Below are positions 52,599-64,000 of a stretch of 64,000 nt of DNA, piece after piece. The notes beneath the pieces were generated by a model, which saw nothing but the letters and a program-made list of their open reading frames with translations, was not told the DNA's origin and did no database searches. Positions within the stretch are counted from its first letter, which is position 1. The number at the start of each line of letters is the position of its first letter. The translations under genes and the position numbers were made by a program. Source of the stretch: Camelus ferus (taxonomy: Eukaryota); assembly GCF_009834535.1 (NCBI RefSeq), contig NC_045697.1:55244001-55308000 (forward strand). Reading direction: 5' to 3'.

Positions 52599-54022
52599 CT
52601 CTAGTTTACTAGAGTGAGTCAGGAAGATTTGCTTGTCTTTAATTTAACTAATTGCCATGATGTAACTTTCTGTGTAAAGACAGTACCATTTTTTTTTTAA
52701 CCATCAAAATCTTTTGAGATAGAAAATGGTTCTTTTAAGTGTTTAATAAACTAGTTTCTTTTAAGTGTCAACCAACTAGTTTCAAACTAGTATGCAAGTG
52801 TATAGGTAGGGATAGAACAAATGTGGACATATTTTTATGAACTTAATGTTGACATTTTAAAAGGAATTCCAAAATTCAGATTATAGCAAATAACCATTCA
52901 GTACTAAATTGAATCATGTACAAAAAAAAGATTTTTAAAATTATAGATTTTTTGTGCTTAAATATTATCTAGATCAACTAAATATGACATTAAAATTCAC
53001 TTTATTGTGTTTATTTGACTTGATACATAATAAATATAAAATCTAAGATAAGAAAACTTCAAATATTGCATATAATCTGAATATTAATTACAATTAAATT
53101 ATAAATATTATATTTAAAGAGCAGAAATAATTGTTTACCACATGAGAAATGTTTAAAATAAAACTGGGGAAAGCTATTTCAGTGATTAGAGTCTGAAACA
53201 GTAGTCTAGCAATTTACTGCTGAATACTGAAGCATAGCTTCTCAGAGTTCCAGTTCTCCTGAGTTACATCTTATCACTGAAAAAGCCTGGCTCCTTCCAT
53301 GTAAGAAATGCATTTGTGTTTTACATTTACAATATGTTGGCACTGGCATTTATGGGATTTAGGAAATTTTATATTCTCATACAATTTCTACAGATTTATC
53401 CATTCTTTATTTTTATATATAATATTAACTCCAATGATACCATAGATTTAAGTGAATTTTTAATTATACAGCACTCATTATTCTAGCTTTAAGGAAAGGA
53501 AAAGCAGACAATATACATTTTAAAAAATCAGATCATAGTAGGGTATCTTACATTTTAAAAGACATTATGAGCTTTCCACCTGCCACAAATGTCATCTACA
53601 AGTGCTCTACTTAACACCAGTATATTCTGCAGGGGGAAAATTTGCACATTCATGAGTTATGCACAAGTCTCCTATGAAATGTTGAGACTGCCAGAAAAGG
53701 CTGCAACCAGTTAACTCTCCTTGTCACCACCAGGTCTGGAAGAGCAAATGGAAATCCATATTTTTTCAAGGGACGATTACCATAAAACAATTGATAGAAA
53801 TTTCAATGAATAAAAAGGACCATTGGTTAAGAAAATACAGTGGATAAGAAAATACTATGTTATTTTACTCTAAATATTATGTATAATATATAAAACATAT
53901 TCATGGACACATACGCAAATTAAAAGATATTAATAAAACTTACCTATAGGCATGCTTTGTGAATCTTTAGTCAACAGTCTCATATCTGAGTTAAGCATCT
54001 TGTCATTTGGAGTAGAGAACCC

Positions 54023-54149
54023 TGATTCCAAGCTTACCTTAGTGTTCTGTATTCATGCACAGCTTCAGAGTGGAGTATTTATTTCAGCTGGTAATTACAC
54101 ACACAACCACACACACATGTGTAATAGTGATTCTAGTGAAATAGATCCA
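54023..54149 (+). repeat. Dispersed direct repeat, copy 1 (127 bp)
   Basis: Matches 56087-56214 with about 3 substitutions and a 1-nt indel. Confidence 0.95.
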
Positions 54150-56086
54150 CTTTACAGGACCTCAGATTACATAATTATGGTATGTTGTGTCATCATACTG
54201 AATATCCTTGCATGTTAGTTCTGGCTCTTTTAGATAGAACATTGTTAAAAGTACTTAAAACTACTTATAAGTTTGGGCCCAACTAAAAAGAATAATTACA
54301 AATGTAACTCATAGGTGAAGTAGAAAAACATCCTTGTGAGTTTTGCTTCATCTATTTAAAATTACTAACAGTTGGACTTGCCCAAACTTTAACCATAACA
54401 AGGACAAAACATCCTCACAAGCTGGAAAATATTCTAAATTACAAAAATTATATGATACCCATATTTGACTAACTTTAATCATAGGTTTGGCTTCGAAATA
54501 TTTTTAGCATGTTTAACTCGTACAAGATTTAGATGCTTTGCAGAGGCATAATAAAAGATGACAGGTTAATTAAATATTGGAGATGCGCCAAAACACAGAT
54601 ACCTCCTCATCACAGGGTTCAGCAGGTGCTTCCATCCCAAGTGTTATATCTCAGTTGTAGGTAAGTTCACAAACTAATTAGGATCATGCTGGCTGATTGG
54701 TTATTAACTTACCTGAATAATTTGGTATTCAGTGTTTAGGAAAATTAGCATGAGATAACACTGGAGTAGCATGCAAATATTTATTAATGAAGTTAGTATT
54801 AACCCACACAAGCACTGTGTTTGTTTTTTTCCAAAATTTTAGTTAAATGTGCAGAAGTAGCACATAGTGGGAACATAATTACAAAAATCTCTCTCATAAG
54901 AAGTAACTGAAAGTATTCTAAGAGACCATGATTTCCTAAACTTCCAATGATGTGGTTAAAGGGCTCATATGTCCTGTGGTTAGCTTTGTCTGAATATCAT
55001 TAATTCCTTTTTTTTTTCTTTTGATGGACTGAGTAATCTGGGTTAAAATCATGTTTATACTAATGTCTCAGCATTCTAGGAACTTCTGTAATTCCCTGGT
55101 AGTCACTGACTTGCATTGACTGGGTCAAATTCTAATCTGTTAATTTTTTCATTTTCATCTGCTTCTACAGTCGCAGCTTCCCACTGGACTAAGATCTTGA
55201 GGATTGCTATCTTTTCTGTCTATGTCTAACAGTAGAAAGTAGAATCAGAATAATTATAAAGGAAACTCATTAAATATTTAAAGAAAATTAATAACAGATG
55301 ACATACATTAATTACAGATTGCATACCTCAATTTATAATTTTATTTATATTGTAATTTATAAATGATAACAGATTATGTAAATCAAATTTGAAACACACT
55401 AATTTTGTTTTGTTTCTCAATCAGTTGCCTGAAGGGCTTCCAAACACATCTTTATTCCTTACACAGAATCTCTTGTATATTCTATAAATTCTGTATTTCT
55501 GTGGATTTTCAGAGAATCGCACAAACTCTAAATAGTAATTACATTTTCTATAATATATTTCTCTTTATTCTGAAGTGCATTCATATGTTATTTCTGTGGA
55601 TCCAACATATATTCACATCCATAATAATGAATCTATATTAATAGAGCATGTTTAAAGATTCATAAAAAGAAAGAGTAAACCACACAAAAAGTCATTTATA
55701 TTTACTGTTTAGACTCTCTCCACTCAAAGGCATGCATATTTCATAAGGAAATTGTAACCTCATCAGACATTAGAGAAAATCATGTCTCTGCTTGACCATG
55801 TGATCCTATACAAATGTACCAGTTCTAGATCCCAAGATGGTGAAATGCCTTCAAGACAGTCTGAGAGAAATAACAGTTTGGAATAATGTGTGCTTAGTTT
55901 CCATTTGTCCATTTGTCCATCTCTGAGTATCCTATTAATTCTGTGATTAAAGGGTTATTACAGAAAAGAACAGAATGAAGTAATATTCAGCAGGTGCGAG
56001 GCAATATGTGTACACGATAAGCATCAGGGAGCCACCTGGGCTTGTCCAACTCCAGCCAAATCAATCTCTTATCCAATAGTACAAGA

Positions 56087-56214
56087 TGATTCCAAGATTA
56101 CCTTAGTGTTCTGTATTCATGCACAGCTCCTAGAGTGGAGTATTTATTTCAGCTGGTAATTACACACACAACCACACACACACGTGTAATAGTGATTCTA
56201 GTGAAATAGATCCA
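56087..56214 (+). repeat. Dispersed direct repeat, copy 2 (128 bp)
   Basis: TGATTCCAAG[C/A]TTACCTTAGTGTTCTGTATTCATGCACAGCT...GTGAAATAGATCCA shared with 54023-54149. Confidence 0.95.
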
Positions 56215-59200
56215 TTTAGTTAGTTAGTATCTGTTTGAGTATACCTAAGAGAATATCATCTTTTGCAATTTACTACAGTAGTTGTGGAGTCACCACCAGA
56301 ACTATTATTTGTCAATCTTTATATAGACAACCCTTATGTCAAGTTAAAAAAAAAAAAGAAGCATGAAATATTCTAAATATTTTATAGTCATTTTAATATT
56401 CCAAACTACATAGAGGAATTTGAAGATACAAAAATTTCTCTTACTGTTCAATTGTAGGACAGAAATGTTTAGTTTTCTAGGGTATCGGTCAAAGTTTTTT
56501 GGGTTCATTAAAAAAAAAATTAAATCCTTTTTGTTTATGAAAAGTGTCAATACAAATCCTAAGTTTATAATAGTTGTGTTAATGAAGAGCTTAGGTCAGA
56601 TAATATGACAAGGTTTTGTTGCCTATTCAGCATTAGATCTATGTCTCCAAAGGAAATTAATAAATTATTAATTATAGATGTTTTCTGATCATGTGCAGCT
56701 CTATTCCTCATAGTAGAACTAAGCTGAAGAACACAAATTGGAAGAAATATATTGAAAAATTAAGAGGATTTTATTAGAGGAAGAAGAGAACAATTTTTCT
56801 AGTCTAAAAAGATTATTTAAAGAATACGTGTCGATGTAACTTTTAAACCAGTTTTATTACATCATGTGCTAAAGCAGTGAACAGGTTTTAAACCACTCTC
56901 ATCCTTCTCTAGGAGGAAAATAAAAAAGTCTCATTTACAATTTAATTCTAATCCATTCAGTTTGACAAGCTAAATGTGAGAATGCAAATAGAAAACCTGA
57001 AGGGAAGAGGAAAAACCTCTTCAGAAACAGGCTATTTTCCTGCCACTCTTTTACTATGTCAAGAGAAGGGTCTGAGTAACTTCAGGGTTAGAATGATTTA
57101 TGGTGATTCATACATTTTAATTATCCTTCTAAAGTTTTGAATAAACACTATACAAACTCTTTCGGTTTTTCTCTTTTGGTTAATGTACCTTTTGTAAGAA
57201 CATTGTATTGTAATTAAGTGATCAAATTCAGGCTGCTACGATAGAAAAAGCTATAAACCCCTTTAAATTTCAGGAAGTACAAAATCATCTAATTTCCTCT
57301 GGCCCTGTAACTTTTACTGTTTGATTCATGTTTCTTCCTCTTTCCTAGTTTCTAAAACTGACCTTAGGTAATGCTGAAGGAACAGAATATGTAGAAAGCT
57401 GGAGATACTAGAAATAAAGATAAGATAATTTCTTGTTTGGATAACAAGAATCAGTGAGATTCCAGAAGAAAGACACTTGGCCATGGAGAATAGGACAATA
57501 AAGGAAAACTTTTTTAAAAATGCTCATTTATTTCAACACAATAGAAGTTTTCAAGCCCAATTTTATTGCTTAGGATGAACATCTGAACCACAAATAATAG
57601 TCATTTATTTTTAGAAATTATCTAGTGTTAGCTCTAATGATGCCTTGATGTACTTCAGAATAACTTGTTCCCCCAAGCCGTCAATGCTGAATAGAAAAGC
57701 ACCCTGTCATCTGAAACATGTACTCTTCTACTAAGCTTCCCAAGTGTATGCTCGTATTCCCCAAAGATTAAAAACAAGTTTTATAAAAACATTTCTGTGT
57801 CCTGCACTATTCCAGTTTGTTTTTGGTATAAATGCTAAATTTCCCCAGTACCTCTCACATTTCCAGATTTTATTCCAAAAGAGTGCACGAACTAATTAGG
57901 AAAAATTCATTTATTAATAAAAATGCCCAGTTTTTTTTTTTATCTCACAAGATCATAATACTTGGCAAAAAATTAGAAGCCTACTTAGACCCGTATTAAA
58001 AGTTTTGCCAATAGTAGCGTCATACATACCAAAAATATTTGGATAGACATATTTTAAAATGTAATTTCTAATAAGTTTGAGAGTCTGTAAAAAGGAGGAA
58101 GCCCCTTATATTGTTGGGAAATTTTGTTTCTGGAGTTGTAAGGGTTTAGTGAAAGAACTTTTACCAAGATAGGAGTAAAGTCTGGGAAAGTAACATTAAT
58201 TTAACTATCACTAACCCTAAGAAGAGAGATGCAGAAAAAGGCCTTCAAAGACATAGGCTGAAATCCCTCTAGGGAAAAGAAACCTTTAAGATTTTAAAAA
58301 CTAAGGAGAGCGGCATACCATTAAAATTTTTTAAAAAATGCTAATATCTGTGGGTATTTCAAAATTTCTTAATTTCTTTTACTACAGATTAGTATTGGAC
58401 TAATTAAGCATAGTCTAAAGAACAGAGGTGGATGAGTGGCTAAGTCACTGCATTTCCTTACTGGCTTTATATAAGTCTATTTCTTAAGAAAAATCAGAAG
58501 ATGAAAAATTAAAATTGCATCTCAACCATCTATTTTACTTTCAGATATTGTGCATTGAAATGTCACTGCAAACCTCGAGGGAGTTTTATGTGGGATGTGT
58601 TATGACAAAGAGGTCTTAAAGTCCTCAGTGTGATTGACAACAAGGCAGGTTTTTAAAAAGAAAAAACAGTAGTCAAGGCTATACATTACAAGTGTGATTA
58701 AAGAGATACTCATATTTGGTTAATTTCCACACCTTGTTTCCATGTTTCTCCTTGTCCTTGTTGTCTTTAACATGCTGTGCCCAGCCAAGGACTGACTGCT
58801 TTGCTCAATCCTCCTTTCCTATATGTTGCGAATCCTTTTGAATATTTCATATTCAGTGACATTTGAATTGAAGGGAAATGTGCCACTTTGGAGCCAATGA
58901 TTTGAATTATTTTCAAGCCTCTTTTATGCATTTTAAACTCACCTGTGTTGGTGTTGGGAATCCCGGGTGTATATCCTACAATAAAACTAAACAGGGCTGC
59001 TTATAGAGTCTATGAGCATTATGCCGCTGGGAAAATTATTTGTTACTACAATAAAGTGACAACTGATAATAACATAACTTCCAGGTAGCATAACTAGACT
59101 ACAAAGATCTGCTGCTTGATCTGACATAAGTTCTGAATTTCAGGTCCTATGACAACTTTATTTCTCACTTTAATTAATAAAAAATTGCAATCTGTTTTTT

Positions 59201-59679
59201 TCCTTCAGTCTCCTCTGTTTAGTTAGCATAAGACAGTCCCTCAGGGACTGATTATCCCTGAAAATGGAAAGAAGGGCACCCCTGAGCTTCCAAAGCAGAG
59301 AGCCAGATGTAGCCAGCCTTCCCTTTGATCATTTTATTATAATTTACATCTTCATTTATTCTAATGATTTCTCAAATGAGGATATAAATGTACTTGTTTC
59401 CCAATAATCCATTTTAATAACACCAGTTGAATAACCTCTATCTTTCTTATAAAATATTAATGCTTTATTTCAAATCAAGTATTAAGTTATAATGAGTGCA
59501 TATTGATCAGAAGGAAATTTGGCATAGTGGTATATAGAAATATATGACATTGTTAATACATAAATTGAATATGATTAAAGTTTTTTTTAATGTATGTGTG
59601 GAATTCTGCATCTGGGTTTTACATTATTTGAGATTTCATGTAGTAAATTTCCATATTTGGGAGAAAAGGTCATGGTGAA

Positions 59680-60099
59680 TCTGATAGGCAGAATAATAAA
59701 CCCCTAAAAATGTCCAAGCACAATTCCTGGAAACCGTACTGTTATGTTAGATGGCAAAAGTGTCAAAGGGTCTTTGCAATAGGGATATAGATTTTGCGAT
59801 GGAAAATTATCCCAGATTATCCAGTTGGCCAAATCTAATCACATGAGCCCTTTAAAGCAAAAATCCTCCCTGGCTAACTTTAGAGAGATTTGACAATGGA
59901 AGGAGAGTCCATGAAATGTGATGCTGCTGACTGGGAAACAAAAGAAGGGGAAGACAATTAAGGAATGTAGACGATATCCCATAGAGCATTCAGGGAAGAA
60001 CATGGCCCTGCAGACACCCTGAGAAATGCAAGATAATAAATTTGTTTAAGCTGCTGAATTTGTGGTGGTTTGTTATGACAGCAGTAGAAAACCAATACA
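59680..60099 (+). mobile_element. ERVL-MaLR solo LTR (MLT1D-like)
   Basis: TAGGCAGAATAAT..ATTATCCCAGATTATCCAG..CTAATCACATGAGCCCTT..ATAATAAATTTGT..CAGCAGTAGAAAACCAATACA; 5-bp TSD GTGAA at 59675-59679 and 60100-60104. Confidence 0.9.
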
Positions 60100-60664
60100 G
60101 TGAATAATTTATATGAGACATAAATTATAAGAAGATACCTGTGAAGGTACATTGTGTAATCATGAAGATGAAGAATAAGGGTGAAATAGGAGGAGAACTC
60201 TGAGAATCAACTGCACAAACAGAACATGCCACTGAGTTTATTATGAGGAATCCACTGCTTGATAATGTTTTTTAAATGAACATTATCACTTCTACACAAA
60301 GGATGCTCCTAACAGGACAGAGATCTTATAACCTCAACTTGGGGGAAAAGGATTGAGGTGAAGAATCTTGTGTGATAAAAGAAGATGCATAGAATGTGAA
60401 AAAAAATGAGAGTAAGGTACCAATCTGCTTTTTTCTCCGTGATACTCTTAATAACAGTGACAATAAACTGTGTCCATTTGTCCAATTAAAAGGAACCTGG
60501 GAAGGAGGCATTGGGGCTTGTTGTGATTTTGGTTATTTTAGGTTGGATTGGGCTTTTAGCACTTGGGAGACACTAGCCTTGAGTTTTTCAAACTCTTTGC
60601 TGCCAGTGATGAGTGTGTAGCACAAAGGAAAGAGGATAGAGATATCAGAAAATATTTGGTTATG

Positions 60665-63600
60665 TTTTTTCTTTTGTTTTTTCAGCTTTATTGAGATATA
60701 ATTGACACGTAATATTGTGTAAGTTTAAGGTGTACAGTGTGATGATTTGATACATGTATATACGGCAAAATGCTTACCACAGTAAGGTTACTTAACATAT
60801 CCTTTACCTCACAAAATTATCATTTTTTGTTATGATAAGAACATTACTCAAAACTGATTCATTTTATAACTAAAAGCTTGTACCTTTCACTGCTATCTCC
60901 CCAGTCCCCACTCCTTAGCCCCTGGCAACCACAATTCTACTGAGTTCAGAGAATTTAGGATCCACATATAAATGGGAGCACACAGTATTTTTCTGTTTGA
61001 CGTATTTCACTTAGCATAGTGCCCCCAGGGTCCATCCATGTTGTTGCAGATTACAAGATTTCCTTTTTTTGTGGCCAGATAATACTGTTGTATACTTACA
61101 CCTCATTTCTTTATCATTCATCCATCAATAGACACTTAAGTTGTTTCCATGTCTTGGCTATTATAAATAGTGCTGCAATAAACATTGGAGTATAAATATC
61201 TCTTCAAGATAGTGATTTCATTTCCTTCGGAAATATAACTAGAAGTGAGGTTACTAGACCATTTGGTAGTTCTATTTTTAACTTTTTGAGGAACCTCCAT
61301 ATTGTTTCCCATAATGGCTATACCAATTGACATCCCCATCAACAGTGCATGAGGGTTCCCTTTTCTCCATGTCCTCTTCAACACTTACCTCTTGCCTTTT
61401 TTATGATAACCATTCTAATAAGTGTGATAATTTGGGGGTTTTTTTTGATAATTTGATTTTGATTTGCATTTCCTTGATGCAAAGGTGGTGTTGAGCACCT
61501 TTTCTTGTACTTGTTGGCCATTTGTATGTCATCTTTGGAGAAAGATGGATTCAAGTCCTCTGCCCATTTTTTAATTGGATTGTTTATATTTTTGCTGCTG
61601 AGTTATATGAGTTTCTTATAAATTTTGGATATTAACCCTTATGTGGTTTGTAAATATTTCTCCTATTCATGATGAAAGGGTTTTCTTTTATTTGTGTTTC
61701 CTTTGCTGTTCAGAAGCTTTTTAGTTTGATGCAGTCTCACTTGTTGAATTTTTGCTTTTGGTGTCATAACCAAAAAAATCATGCCCAAGATGGAGACAAG
61801 GAGTTTTTTACCCTATGTTTTCTTCTAGGTGTTATATGGCTTAGGTCTTATGTTCAAGTTTTTAATCCCTTTTGAGTTAATTCTTGTGAGAGTTGTAAGG
61901 TAAAGTTCCAATTTTATTCCTTTGCATTTGAAATTCCATTTTCCCCAATACCATTTATTGAACAGACTATCACTTTCCAAGTTAGGATTCTTGGCTCCCT
62001 TTCATATATTAATTGACCATATATGTGTGGGTTTATTTCTGGGCCCTTAAATCTATTCCATAGATCTGTGTCTGTTTTTGATTTCAGTATCATACTGTTT
62101 TAATTACTATAGCTTCATGATATAATTTGAAATAAGTGTGATGCTTTTAGCTTTGTTCTTAAGATTGCTTTGGAACTTGGGATCCTTTTTTTTTTATTCC
62201 ATGTGAATTTTAGGATTTTTTTTTATTTCTGTGACAAATGCCATTGAGATTTTGATAGAAATTGCATTAAATCTATAAATGGCTTTGGGGAGTATGGGTA
62301 CTTTTAAACAATATTAACACTACTGATCCATGAACACAGAATATCTTTCCATTTATCTGCATTTTCTTTGTTATCTTTTGTCAACATCTTGTAGTTTTCA
62401 GAAAGGGGATCTTTCACCTCCTTGGTTAAATTTATTCCAAAGTATTTTTGTTTGTTTTTGAGGCTATTGTAAGTGGGATTCTTTTCTTTATATCTTTTGC
62501 AGATGTTTCATTGTTAGTGTATAGAAATGCAGCTGATTTTTTTGTGTCAATTCTGTATCCTGAGATTTTACTGAGTTTATTATTCCATCAGATTTTTGGT
62601 GGAGTCTTTCTAATTTTCTATGTGTAAGATCATGTCATCAACAAACAGACAATTTTCCTTCTTATTTTCTCATTTGGATACCTTTTATTTCTTGCCCATT
62701 TGGTCTGGCTAGAACTCCCAGTATTGTGTTGAATAAAAGTGGCAAGAGAAGGAAGGCACTCTTGTTTTGTTCCTGTCTTAGAGAGAAAGCCTTTATTTAA
62801 CCTATCACAGTTGAGTATGATGTTAATTGTTGGCTTGTCCTTTTGTTATATTGAGTTCTATGTTCTTTCTGTATACAGTTTGAGAGTGTTTATCATGAAA
62901 GAATGCTGAATTTTGTCAAGTGTTTTTTCTGCATCTATTGAGATGATCATATGATTTTTGTCTTCCATTCTATTAATGTAGATTATCAAATTTATTGATT
63001 TGTGCATATTGAACCATTCTTGCATTTCAGGGATAAATTTCACTTGATCATGGTGTATGAACTTTTTAATGTGCTATTGAATTTGGTTTGTTGGTATTTC
63101 ATTGAGAATTTTTGCATCATATTTATCAGGGATATTGGTTCATAGTTTTCTCATAGTGTTCTTATCTGCCTTTGGTAACATGGTAATGTTAGACTCATAA
63201 ATTAATTTGTGTTTCCTCCTCTTCAGATTTCTGGAAGACTCTGAGGACTGGCATTGATTCTACTTTAAATGTTTGGTAGGATTCACTAGTAAAGCTGTAT
63301 AGGCCTAGATTTTTCTTTGTTAGGAGAGTTTTGATTGCTGATTTACTCTCCTTACTTGTTGGTCTATTCAGATTTCAATATATTATGAAGAAATTCAGAT
63401 GTAATAGGTTGCCTGTTTCTAAGAATTTACCCATTTCTTCTAGGTCATCCCCTTTGTTGTCATATAATTGTTTACAGTATTGATTCTTTGTATTTCTGTG
63501 GTTTCAGTTGTTTTCTCTTTCATTTCTGACTTTATTTATTTGATTACTCTTTCTTTTTCCTGGTTAGTCTAGCTAAATGTCAAGTTTGTTTATCTTTTGA

Positions 63601-64000
63601 AAAAACCTTATTTTCATTGATCTGCTCTAGAGTTTTTAAAATTTCATTTATTTCTGCTCTCTTTGTTATCTTTGTCCGTATGCTAATTTTGGGCTGTGTG
63701 TGTGTGTGCGCATGCGTGTGTTTAAGTTAGGTTGTTTTTTTTTGTTGTTGTTTAACATTAGGTAGTTTATTTGAGGTCCTTCTTTTGTTTCCAATTTAGG
63801 CATTTACTGCTATGAGCTTCCCTCTTAGCACCACTTCTTCCTTCTATTAATTTTCAGTTTTATACCATTGTGGTCAGAAAAGATGATATGATTTCAATCT
63901 TCTTAAATTTGCTAAGATTTATTTTGTTACCTAACATATGATCTCTCTTGAAGAATGGTCCATGCACACTTGAGAAAAATGTGTATTTTGCTGCTATTGG
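60665..64000 (-). mobile_element. L1MA8/9-like LINE-1 (3' UTR plus most of ORF2, degraded; continues past the window end)
   Basis: T tail and CAGCTTTATTGAGATATAATTGACA..GTTTAAGGTGTACA 3' end; RT peptide [35 protein letters not shown] at 62858-63043. Confidence 0.95.

Noticed and set aside
54619..54666. Possible ~45-nt + strand exon ending TAG|GTAAGT
   Set aside because: Weak short acceptor, stop in one frame, no recognisable peptide; such sites are expected by chance in 64 kb.

Overview
AT-rich, CpG-depleted placental-mammal genomic DNA that looks intronic or intergenic. No intact protein-coding gene, RNA gene, CRISPR array or prokaryotic system can be supported. Much of the window is decayed interspersed repeats: L1 fragments (including a 3.3 kb element running off the right end), L2, MIR, MaLR/ERVL/ERV1 LTRs, and hAT and Tigger DNA transposons. 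Every ORF with recognisable similarity is an L1 ORF1/ORF2 remnant. Cetartiodactyl-type L1 3' ends, with no Alu, BovB/Bov-tA, PRE1, CHR or SINEC elements seen, suggest a camelid (inference). Best-supported oddities: an orphan ~243 bp poly(A)-tailed retro-insertion with a target-site duplication (6236-6478), a recent non-tandem ~127 bp duplication (54023-54149 / 56087-56214), a micro-inversion inside an L1MC, and several nested insertions with intact TSDs. A few repeat-free, CpG-retaining blocks with splice signals could be regulatory elements or exons of an unidentified minus-strand transcript. Repeat subfamily names come from recalled consensus sequences and most boundaries are approximate. 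I did not find a convincing new biological system.
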